From an uncultured bacterium (GTDB taxonomy: Bacteria; Bacillota_I; Bacilli_A; RFN20; CAG-826): DNA of 64,000 bases. A program made the position numbers and the translations under genes. The stretch is taken from NCBI GenBank assembly GCA_949300345.1, contig CASGDR010000008.1:149096-213095 (forward strand), in the 5' to 3' direction. Below are positions 53,547 to 61,720 of the stretch, piece after piece; position 1 is the first letter of the stretch, and the number at the start of each line of letters is the position of its first letter. The notes under the pieces were generated by a model. The model was given only the letters and a program-made list of their open reading frames with translations, was not told the DNA's origin and made no database searches.

Positions 53547-55351
53547 GTGCTGATTTCTCCTTTACCTTTGATGGTTTTGCTGATGCTAAGGCGGTAGTCG
53601 GGAGAGAAGGCAATGCCTTCCATCGATTCGCCGTGCAGGCTTTCCTTACTCCCCATTTCGACGATGGTTTCCACATCGGGGATCTTGGCCCCGACCAAGG
53701 TTGCCTTTTCGTCGACTAGGGTGCGGCACTTGTAGTTGAACTTGATTTCCTGATGGCCCTTCTCACCTTCGGCATAGAGGGTGATGTTGGTCATGTCGGC
53801 CTGATATTCGTGGATGCCGAAGGCCCCGGTGAAGTATTCCTCTATGGTGACTTCCTTACTGGGGTCGCTGGTCCTTACGATCTCGCGTTTGATTTCGATG
53901 GTCCCCTTCCCCTTCTTAAAACAGAAGGTGGAAACGATCGAGAGCGTGAGGTCGGAGAAGACGAATTCCAACGGGTTGGTGATGAGGTAGGTATCCCCAT
54001 CTTTGATTTCCACGCGGGCAAGGGTGCGGGTCAGGCAGCCGTCAGCGGTTTCTCCCCCATATTTGACCTTGAAGGACTTGACGGTGCCTTCTCCGGCATA
54101 ATGGGTGAAGTAACCGGCCCGGTAGTTGGCCTGGATGAGGTAGGGATAGGAGCAGTCATAGACCGACTTGGTTCCGATTCCGACTTTCCAGTCCAGCCTT
54201 GCGGCATAGGGGCGCAGGTCGATCATGGCCCCACCTTGGTTGAAGTCCAGACAGGTCCTCATGAAGGGGTCATAGTACCAGAAGTACTGCTTGTTGCTTC
54301 CGTATAAGACATCCTTCCAGAGGCAGCGTTCCGGCTCGAGGTAATCAAGGCCATCACGGTAGAAGTCGGCAAATTCCGACATCGTCAAATCCCGCAATTC
54401 CCCTTTCCTTTTTAGCAAACCGTAATAGGCCATGGCGTCTTCATAGGATTTGACCAGGCCTTCGTATGGCACTTCCCAGCGGCCGGATTTGTTCATCCAG
54501 CCCGGGCCTACGAACATCATGTTGTAGCCGAAGCGGTTGTACTTTTTCTGGTGGGCATATTGGTCGACGATGTTGAAGAGATAAGGAATGTCTCCGTTTT
54601 CGTCATAGATCATGCCGCGGAGGACGTTCTGGGGGTGGGTTCCGAAGTTGGAACCGTTGCCGTCGAAGCAGGCCATCGGGTCGCGGCTGAGGTGGGGAAT
54701 GCAAACGATGCCGCAGTCATCATCCTTGTCGCGGGCCGGGATATGGCTATTGACCTTGGAAGCCACCCAGGGATTCCAGGGTCCGCCGTCCATGAAGGTG
54801 TACCAGGAATTGTTGGTGGTGTGGTAGGCCTTGGGGCCTTCTTCGAAGCAGGTAGCTACCGCGCATTTGACGTTGGGATACTTCTCGTGGATGTAGTTGA
54901 GGCAGTAAGCGTCGAGGAAGTAGCTGCCGGTGGATTCGGGATAATGCCCGAACTTCTCTTTGAAGAGATTGAAGACATCGTCGATGATCGAGCGCTTGTC
55001 CTCTTCGGAGAACATCCAGATGCAGAAGTCCTTGGTCTTGTACTTCTTCTGGAAGTCAGGGCAAGGTAGGCCAAGCAGGGAAAGGGAGATTTCGTCTCCG
55101 AATTCCTCGTGGTGCTTCTTGGCCAATGCCACGCATTCATCGTTAAGAAGCGAGGCGTAGGTGATCTGGATGGTGGTCTTCAGTCCTTGTTCGTGGGCCA
55201 GACGCTGCTGCGTGAGGAAGATTTCCAAGGACTCGGATTCCAAGGCGGAAGTGAAACTATCTTCCTTTCCGCCTTGTCCGGTGGTCTTTTGGGAGTATTC
55301 CGGATTCAGTTCGATCCGGTGGATGAGGGTTAATACAAAGGGTTTGTTCAT
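53519..55351 (-). CDS. Hypothetical cytoplasmic protein (610 aa) of unrecognised family inside the galactan operon
   Basis: It is a long clean ORF with a 4-nt overlap to the upstream GH53 gene and no signal peptide. I could assign no motif. Confidence 0.6.
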   Translation of the reverse strand: MNKPFVLTLIHRIELNPEYSQKTTGQGGKEDSFTSALESESLEIFLTQQRLAHEQGLKTTIQITYASLLNDECVALAKKHHEEFGDEISLSLLGLPCPDFQKKYKTKDFCIWMFSEEDKRSIIDDVFNLFKEKFGHYPESTGSYFLDAYCLNYIHEKYPNVKCAVATCFEEGPKAYHTTNNSWYTFMDGGPWNPWVASKVNSHIPARDKDDDCGIVCIPHLSRDPMACFDGNGSNFGTHPQNVLRGMIYDENGDIPYLFNIVDQYAHQKKYNRFGYNMMFVGPGWMNKSGRWEVPYEGLVKSYEDAMAYYGLLKRKGELRDLTMSEFADFYRDGLDYLEPERCLWKDVLYGSNKQYFWYYDPFMRTCLDFNQGGAMIDLRPYAARLDWKVGIGTKSVYDCSYPYLIQANYRAGYFTHYAGEGTVKSFKVKYGGETADGCLTRTLARVEIKDGDTYLITNPLEFVFSDLTLSIVSTFCFKKGKGTIEIKREIVRTSDPSKEVTIEEYFTGAFGIHEYQADMTNITLYAEGEKGHQEIKFNYKCRTLVDEKATLVGAKIPDVETIVEMGSKESLHGESMEGIAFSPDYRLSISKTIKGKGEISTWLSLRKAN

Positions 55352-57408
55352 ATTCTGACTAGGCTCCAGTCGTCGTTGTGGCCCCAGGCACGGGCTGAGC
55401 AGGTGCCCTTGATGCCGACTTCAACGGTCGCACCTTCGGGGATTTCGATTCCGTCGATGATGGCTTCCTGATACCAGTTGGACCATCCGGTGCAGAGGCT
55501 AGAGATGTCCTTTTCGGTAGTGGTTCCGTTGACGGTGATGTACAGGACCAAGGTCTGGCTGAATTCGCTTTGATCGGGTGCTAATAGCCAAGTGGATAGC
55601 TCATAGGTGCCCTCTTCCACGGCTTCGATGGTCTGGTAGAAGTCGAAGGAATAATCACTAGCAGAGTAATACCAGTTGAGGTCAGTAGTGCCGGTGCGGG
55701 TATCGGACTTCCTATCGAGCTTGACGATCTTCTCCCCTTCCGGGTTGAGAGAACGGATGTACCAAGGATCCTTCAGGACATCGGTATCGCCTTGGTTTTC
55801 AAAGCCCGGATCGACGATGAAGTTCTCAATGCATTCGGCCGTTAGGACGACATCGTATTTGCCATCGAGCACGCCGTGTACGGTATGGGTACCGACAGTG
55901 GCGCAGGCCGCGGCTTCTCCTTCGTCCCAGACGACCGGGGCTTCGCGGATGGCATCGAGGTTGGTGACGACAGAACCGGTTTCCGGCAGGGTTTCGGAAG
56001 CGGCCAGGTTGATGGTGGCTTCATATTCGGTAGCCCTGGCCTCCAAGGAGACTTCGGTGGTCTTATTGGCGCCGCCTTCTTTGATAATGTTATAGAGGTT
56101 ATAGGTAGGAAGGGCTTTTCCGGTGTAGGAGAACCAGGCCTGGTTGGGCCAGGTGGCTAGTCCGTCTTCGTACTGGGTGGAATAGCTGATGGTGCCATGG
56201 TCGGCATAGGACTGGCCGTATTTGGTGGCCCATCCGGCACCCTCGACGGGTAGCCATCCGGGTTCCCACCAGAAGCAACCGATGCCCATTTGGGAAGGAA
56301 CTTTGGAGATGACGTCCATGATGTCGCGGAGCGAGGTGGCCTGGGCCTGGATGGAGGTCAGGTAGCCGCCTTTGTCCTCATCGGAGGCAGAGTGGGTGTT
56401 GTCGGTATATTCGTTCCATTCGTTGGTAAAGCCCCAAGAGGTCTCCACCACCATGACCGGACGGCCGGTTTCAGCGGAAATGGTGTCGAGGTTTTCCTGC
56501 AGTTTCTCGAGGTTGCCAGAGACGCGGGGGTAATAGGAAGCACCGACGATGTCATAGTTGACGCCATACTGATCGAGATAACCGAAGTAGGTCTTGAACT
56601 CTTCGGTGTTGGTGCCGTTGGCGAGGTGGACGATGGTCTTGGTGTTGGGATAGACCGATTTGGCCCCGTCGATGCCGGCTTGGATGAGCTCGGCGATGTA
56701 TTCGAAGGAGGTATCCAGGTCAGACCAGTCGATGGCGCCGTAGTCGCCGGCCATGCCGTTATTGATTTCGTTGCCGATCTGGACGGCGTCGATGTCTAGC
56801 CCTTCTTCCTTGCAGGTATTGAGGGAATCGACGGTGAATTCCTTGATGGCGTCGGCAATCTCATCTTTTCCAAGATTGCGCCAGTCCTCGGGCAATTGCT
56901 GCTTGTCGGGGTCGGCCCAGAAATCGGAATAATGGAAGTCGAGGCAGATATTCATGCCCACGGCTTGGGCACGCTTCATCATCTCGATGTCACGCGTCAG
57001 GTCGTTGTTGCCGCCGCCATAGGTGCGGCCGCGGGTTCCGGAGGGATTGTTCCATAGCCTGACGCGGAAGAAGTTGACTCCCCCATCGGCAAGGATCTGG
57101 AAGACATCCTGTTCCTGTCCGTTTTCGTTATAGTAGACGCCTCCGCATTCCTCGACCTGGGACACCATTGAAGCGTCCACGCCATAGGCGAAGTCCTCGC
57201 GGAGCTCGTTGGTGATGGGATTGACCATCAGCGAATCGTAATCATAGGATTCATCGTTCGTTTTTGAGCCAATGGTCGGGGTCCAGGAGGTGTTATCGTA
57301 ATCAAAACGCCAGCTAGTGTCAGTCGAGGTACTCTCACCGTCTCCGCAACCGGCTAGGACTAGTCCGGGAATGACGATAGCACCTAAAAGCAGAAGGTTC
57401 TTTTTCAT
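55348..57408 (-). CDS. GH53 endo-beta-1,4-galactanase lipoprotein with a C-terminal beta-sandwich (CBM-like) domain
   Basis: It has the lipobox GLVLAGC, then HYSDFWADPDKQQLPEDW, VQIGNEINNGM and VVETSWGF. A ~200-aa C-terminal extension ends ...AWGHNDDWSLVRI. Confidence 0.85.
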   Translation of the reverse strand: MKKNLLLLGAIVIPGLVLAGCGDGESTSTDTSWRFDYDNTSWTPTIGSKTNDESYDYDSLMVNPITNELREDFAYGVDASMVSQVEECGGVYYNENGQEQDVFQILADGGVNFFRVRLWNNPSGTRGRTYGGGNNDLTRDIEMMKRAQAVGMNICLDFHYSDFWADPDKQQLPEDWRNLGKDEIADAIKEFTVDSLNTCKEEGLDIDAVQIGNEINNGMAGDYGAIDWSDLDTSFEYIAELIQAGIDGAKSVYPNTKTIVHLANGTNTEEFKTYFGYLDQYGVNYDIVGASYYPRVSGNLEKLQENLDTISAETGRPVMVVETSWGFTNEWNEYTDNTHSASDEDKGGYLTSIQAQATSLRDIMDVISKVPSQMGIGCFWWEPGWLPVEGAGWATKYGQSYADHGTISYSTQYEDGLATWPNQAWFSYTGKALPTYNLYNIIKEGGANKTTEVSLEARATEYEATINLAASETLPETGSVVTNLDAIREAPVVWDEGEAAACATVGTHTVHGVLDGKYDVVLTAECIENFIVDPGFENQGDTDVLKDPWYIRSLNPEGEKIVKLDRKSDTRTGTTDLNWYYSASDYSFDFYQTIEAVEEGTYELSTWLLAPDQSEFSQTLVLYITVNGTTTEKDISSLCTGWSNWYQEAIIDGIEIPEGATVEVGIKGTCSARAWGHNDDWSLVRI

Positions 57409-58220
57409 AGGTTTTCCTTTCCTTTCTCTTTGCTTTGGAAACTTGTCGGGGACATTCCGTAGTACTTCCGGAACTCTCCCGAAAAATGCAGTTGGTTCTT
57501 GTAGCCGACCAAAGCGGCCACGTCTTTGATGGGGTAATTGCCAAGCCGCAGCAGCTCAGCGGCCTTTTCCATCCGTACTTGGGTAAGATAGGCCTTGGTA
57601 TTGGAGTTCTCGTATTCCTTGAAAAGGGACGCGAGGTAATTGGGGGAAATGCCGACGTTGCTGGCCACTTCTTCCACAGTCACCCTGAATTTGTAGTTGT
57701 TGTGGATGTATTCCTTGGCCGACTGCAGGTGGGCTTCCCTGATATTGAGGCTAGGTCCGACAGCCTCGGCAAACAGACGTCCGAAAAGGCTGTAGGCTTG
57801 CCCTAGGCAAAAGAGGTTCAACGAGCCGGTTTCGGCATACTCGGTAGAAATGGCATCAAAGAAGGGCTTCAGATCCATGTTCACATCGTCATAGACCGGA
57901 TGCTGTTCGGAAATGCCGGAGAGTTTCAGGAAGGATTCGGCCTTGATGCCATTGAAACCAAACCATTCGTAGGTCCAGGGTTCAGCGGGATCAGGATAGT
58001 AATAAGGTCGCGCGCCCGGGGGTATATAGAAGATCATCCCCTTGCGGATCTTATAGACCGTTCCGTTCATTTCGAAAATGCCACGGCCAACAGTCACATA
58101 GTGGAAAAGGTGATATTCCTTCGGGGTGAAGGTAAATTCCTTGTCCTTGCGACAAGTTTCCCTACCGGATTCATGGAGGGAAAGTTCCATGTAGGAAGCC
58201 GCATCGTTTTCGAACGCCAT
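57405..58220 (-). CDS. AraC-family transcriptional regulator (cupin sensor plus HTH), first gene of the galactan operon
   Basis: The C-terminal AraC HTH reads VASNVGISPNYLASLFK...VAALVGYKNQLHFSGEFRKYYGMSP. An ATGA overlap joins it to the next gene. Confidence 0.88.
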   Translation of the reverse strand: MAFENDAASYMELSLHESGRETCRKDKEFTFTPKEYHLFHYVTVGRGIFEMNGTVYKIRKGMIFYIPPGARPYYYPDPAEPWTYEWFGFNGIKAESFLKLSGISEQHPVYDDVNMDLKPFFDAISTEYAETGSLNLFCLGQAYSLFGRLFAEAVGPSLNIREAHLQSAKEYIHNNYKFRVTVEEVASNVGISPNYLASLFKEYENSNTKAYLTQVRMEKAAELLRLGNYPIKDVAALVGYKNQLHFSGEFRKYYGMSPTSFQSKEKGKENL

Positions 58221-58256
58221 CGTCTAACTCCTTTTGCAAAGCAATGATACAAATCC

Positions 58257-58270
58257 TGTAAGCGCTTACA
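58257..58270. promoter_or_regulatory. Catabolite-responsive element (cre) TGTAAGCGCTTACA
   Basis: It is a perfect palindrome matching the TGWAANCGNTNWCA consensus. It lies 36 nt upstream of the araC ATG, within the promoter spacer. Confidence 0.75.
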
Positions 58271-58393
58271 CAAAGAAATTTAGGTATTGCACCCAAGATT
58301 TTTGTATATATAAAAATCTACGCTTACGGCCGTGCATTATCGATGAAATCTAGGAGTATACGAATTTTCTATTACCAATATTCGAAAATCGTT

Positions 58394-58407
58394 TGTAAGC
58401 GGTTACA
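58394..58407. promoter_or_regulatory. Second cre TGTAAGCGGTTACA
   Basis: It matches all constrained positions of the cre consensus. Confidence 0.6.
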
Positions 58408-58602
58408 TTCAGAGTGGATAAATCAATATTGGTTTTTTGATATTAAATGAAAATTGTGGAAAAAAATCAGATGCTATCGACACATGGGTAAATCATCATT
58501 CTTTTCTGTCCAAAAGTTTAGGTTGAGATAAACATATAGATCATTAGAAAACCGCGAAAAAGGTCCCAAATTATTGGAATTCTACCGGTTGGTAGGCAAA
58601 TT

Positions 58603-58625
58603 GCCCCGTTACTTTGGGGCTTTTT
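58603..58625 (+). terminator. Orphan intrinsic-terminator-like hairpin GCCCC-GTTACTTT-GGGGC-TTTTT in an ORF-free AT-rich spacer
   Basis: Read directly. No ORF of 60 codons or more lies upstream on this strand. Confidence 0.4.
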
Positions 58626-58979
58626 GTTAACAACACCACAATAATCGCCAAAATTTGCTTTTTGGTGAATGGAGGTATCAAAAGGATCGGTTGATTCTAA
58701 TTCTCGTTATCTTGGCCGCTGTCACTTCTTTTTTTCTGGTTCCTGAGGGACTCGAAAAGGTCTCGATCTAGCCTTCAAAAGAACTAACTTTTGCTCTTTA
58801 TTAAATTTCGAAGCCACACTTATACACTACTAGAGACAAGAAGTCTGATGATCGACAAAATCAAAACAGTAATTTGAATATATTTGTGAAACCCGTGTTT
58901 GATAGCGATCTATTAAAAGTTTATGTATCTAAAGTTGCTTTTTATTGAAGTTAATGTTTATTTTATGCACCATATCAGT

Positions 58980-59294
58980 ATGAAAAAAGACTCGTTTGTA
59001 GATTATGAAACCAAAGGCGTTTTAGCCCAGATGGGACGTCAAATAAAGCTTGCAAGGCTCAGGAGAAGGCTGCCTGCAGACCTGGTGTCGGAAAGAGCAA
59101 ATATTAGTAGGTCCACATTAAATAAAATAGAAAAGGGATCCTCGTCGGTTTCAATTGGTGCTTACGCCGCAGTGTTGCATGCGCTAGGAGACTTAGAAAA
59201 AGATTTGCTGAATATAGCTAAGGATGAAGCGTTTGATAGGCTTGCAGAGGATAATGAAATTCAAATTCCGAAAAGGATAAGAAAAACTAAATAA
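58980..59294 (+). CDS. hipB: XRE-family HTH protein, HipB-like antitoxin
   Basis: The HTH reads LAQMGRQIKLARLRRRLPADLVSERANISRSTLNKIEKG. The start is ambiguous (58923, 58965 or 58980). The stop TAA directly abuts the hipA ATG. Confidence 0.7.
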   Translation: MKKDSFVDYETKGVLAQMGRQIKLARLRRRLPADLVSERANISRSTLNKIEKGSSSVSIGAYAAVLHALGDLEKDLLNIAKDEAFDRLAEDNEIQIPKRIRKTK

Positions 59295-60509
59295 ATGAAT
59301 AGGGTCAAACTTGATTTAGTTGCTTTAATATCGAATGGCAAATCATTAAAATTAGGAACTCTGTATCTCCCTGATAACGGGCCTATGTATTTTCAATATG
59401 ACCTTGATTACCTTTTGTCTAAAAGAGAAAAAGTGTTGTTCGATAAGGACATTGAACCTGTTCCTGAAAGACAATACGCAACAACTGCTAACGGTGCATT
59501 CTCTTTTCTATTAGATATTGGACCCAAGGGTTGGGGAAATGGCCTCACCAAATCAATCAAACAACCAATTTATCTACCAGCCGTAATAGAAAGATCAATT
59601 TTGAACAATCAGGCCATGACCATGGGTTGCCTTTCAATAAACGACCCAACCAATGAATTGTTGGTGGGTTTATCTGAATACGAAATACAAGGGATTTCCT
59701 ATCTTAATGAAATTGCTGATTCAATTATCAAAATTGATAGAAATACAAAGGTTTTGCCAGTATCAAAACTAAAATTGCATGATTTTTCATCGCCTTTGGC
59801 TGGGATGAGGCCCAAAGTTGGTTACCTAGATGAAGATGGAAGCGAATGGATTGCGAAGTTCCCAGGAGGCAATGACGAATGGAATGTTGGAGCCTGGGAA
59901 AAAACATGTTTGGACCTAGCTAAACTATGTGGACTGAAAGTAGAAGAATATAAAGTGCTCTTTTCTACTACAGAAGGGGAGATATTGGGAGTTAGACGCT
60001 TTGATCGTAGTCCATCCCGGGAAAGAATCCCATGTATCTCAGCACTCACAGCCACAGGCAAGGGGTATGGGGATGATACTGCCTCATATGACGATATGGC
60101 ATCGTTTTTAAAAGCATATGGATCATCTCCGAAATCAGATTTAAAAGAATTATTCAAAAGATTAATTTTTAATATTGCGGTTTCAAATACTGATGACCAT
60201 TTTGGTAATCATGCGTTTCTACTAAATAAATACGGGTGGACTTTGGCTCCTTTGTTTGATGTTGTTTCTTCCCCATTTGGGTACAATCTCACACTCAAGG
60301 TGGGCCAAAAAACCAATTCTTTGTCCTATAAAAACGCCATTGAAGACCACAAAGCCTTCTATTTGACCAAACTAGAGGCGGAGCAAATCACCAACAGGAT
60401 ATATAAAACGGTCAAAAAGGGGTGGTTGAAAACGGCCAAGTCCAATGGGCTAACCATCACGGAACTTGACCAAATGAGCCTTGCCATGGGCAAAACCCCA
60501 GATTTCTAG
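59295..60509 (+). CDS. hipA: HipA-like serine/threonine kinase toxin
   Basis: It has an N-terminal coupling domain, then SPLAGMRPKVGY...WIAKF and the catalytic loop VSNTDDHFGNHAFLL. Confidence 0.85.
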   Translation: MNRVKLDLVALISNGKSLKLGTLYLPDNGPMYFQYDLDYLLSKREKVLFDKDIEPVPERQYATTANGAFSFLLDIGPKGWGNGLTKSIKQPIYLPAVIERSILNNQAMTMGCLSINDPTNELLVGLSEYEIQGISYLNEIADSIIKIDRNTKVLPVSKLKLHDFSSPLAGMRPKVGYLDEDGSEWIAKFPGGNDEWNVGAWEKTCLDLAKLCGLKVEEYKVLFSTTEGEILGVRRFDRSPSRERIPCISALTATGKGYGDDTASYDDMASFLKAYGSSPKSDLKELFKRLIFNIAVSNTDDHFGNHAFLLNKYGWTLAPLFDVVSSPFGYNLTLKVGQKTNSLSYKNAIEDHKAFYLTKLEAEQITNRIYKTVKKGWLKTAKSNGLTITELDQMSLAMGKTPDF

Positions 60510-60522
60510 CAAATACGTCTGC

Positions 60523-60553
60523 AAAAACAAAAAAAGAGGGGATTAGCCCCCTC
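60523..60553. terminator. Shared terminator of the convergent ssrA and hipA genes
   Basis: GAGGGG-ATTAGC-CCCCTC. The minus strand is followed by TTTTTTTGTTTTT, immediately 3' of the tmRNA CCA end. Confidence 0.7.
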
Positions 60554-60564
60554 ATATTGGCTTC

Positions 60565-60967
60565 TGGTGGAGCCGAGGGGAATCGAACCCCTGTCCGAAG
60601 GAAACCCAACCAAGGCGTCTACAGTTTAGGCCAGACCCTATCTCAGATCAGGGGGAAGGTCCGGTCAAGACCCCTAATCCCAGGTTCTTGGTTTTCATCA
60701 AGCAGGTCGAACCACGCCTGCATGCCTATTGGCTTTGTATTACGCCACGCCACCATAAGCCACAAATGGTGGATAGACGCGCTGCCCGCTCACTACTGAC
60801 GGAGCGGAACCATGGGTTGCTTAGTTAATTAAGCGCAAGCGTAGGAAGCACGCTGAGCGTGGTTCCCATAGAAATAGCTGTTGCCAGTTATTGTGGTTTG
60901 GCGTTAAGGATCGCCACTCCACTGCAGCCAAGGCCAAGCCGTCCCCCGTCAAAACCGGAACGACCCC
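60565..60967 (-). ncRNA. ssrA: tmRNA (SsrA), 403 nt
   Basis: The 5' end reads GGGGTCGTTCCGGTTTTGACGGGGG. The 3' end reads GGGGTTCGATTCCCCTCGGCTCCACCA. The acceptor stem has a G3-U wobble. A tag reading frame lies after AATAACTGGC. Confidence 0.93.
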
Positions 60968-61048
60968 AGAACAATCCCCTTGAGGGGGCTTTATGATAGC
61001 AAACCAAAAAGAAGATGGAAGGAAAACATCGGTCTTTCTTAAGAAAGG

Positions 61049-61561
61049 TCAGTCTTCTTGGTAGGTTTTGATGATTTCGCCGATATAGAAGGTGTGATAG
61101 TCCCTTATGGGATAGCAGTCATCGATGATTGATTTATCAATGAAACCGTCTTCTTCGATTTTGCCCACATAAAGTTTCTTACAGACCAAAACGAGCTTGG
61201 CTTCTTTGAACGATACGGTCCCGTCATGGAAGATCGGGGTAAAGCCTACTTTTGAGACCTTGTTTTCATCTCTGCCAGAATGGGTACCCAGATAGGCGAG
61301 GGCTTTCTTGTGGTCTTTGCTGAAGAAGGAAAGCGTAAAGACATCTTCGCGGTCAACGAATTCCTTGGTGTATCGCGAAGGACGGATATATGCGATTGCA
61401 GTGGGCCTACCGCCTCCATGGCCCCATAGCGATCCAAAATGCCCCCAGGAAGCAGTCATGGTATTGAAGCCTTTCTCATTCCCGGCACTTATGAGCATCC
61501 AATCATTGCCAATCAAATCAAAAGCGTTGTCCTTAAGTGTTTCGAATTTCGTTTCCTTCAT
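61049..61561 (-). CDS. Flavin reductase family protein (FMN-binding split barrel)
   Basis: It has WMLISAGNEKGFNTMTASWG...IAYIRPSRYT...GTHSGRDENKV. Confidence 0.7.
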   Translation of the reverse strand: MKETKFETLKDNAFDLIGNDWMLISAGNEKGFNTMTASWGHFGSLWGHGGGRPTAIAYIRPSRYTKEFVDREDVFTLSFFSKDHKKALAYLGTHSGRDENKVSKVGFTPIFHDGTVSFKEAKLVLVCKKLYVGKIEEDGFIDKSIIDDCYPIRDYHTFYIGEIIKTYQED

Positions 61562-61720
61562 GGTCGTACCTCATTCGAATTATAACTAAAAACCATGCAA
61601 TTTCGCCAAATGGGAGGGGGTTTTGCGGTATTTAGGCAGATTGGAGGCTCAATCTTATAGATTGGGTTTTGCTTAACGGCGCTATTTGTAGTAGTGTTTT
61701 GCTTGCTTCAGGAAAAAGAC

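Larger units (their letters stand above)
58222..60564. mobile_element. AT-rich ~2.3-kb islet carrying hipBA, wedged against the 3' end of ssrA. There is no integrase, so it is probably a decayed tmRNA-targeting island remnant.
   Basis: Hand G+C counts on 60-nt lines: 20/60 (59341) and 17/60 (58441) inside the islet, against 35/60 (57961) in the flank. tmRNA 3' ends are classical island integration sites. Confidence 0.4.

Noticed and set aside
58413-58421. DnaA-box-like AGTGGATAA, raising the possibility of a replication origin in the AT-rich spacer
   Set aside because: It is a single 8/9 match with no box cluster, and no dnaA or dnaN is nearby. AT-richness is better explained by the foreign islet.
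60557-60799. An 80-aa plus-strand ORF
   Set aside because: It lies entirely antisense to the tmRNA gene.
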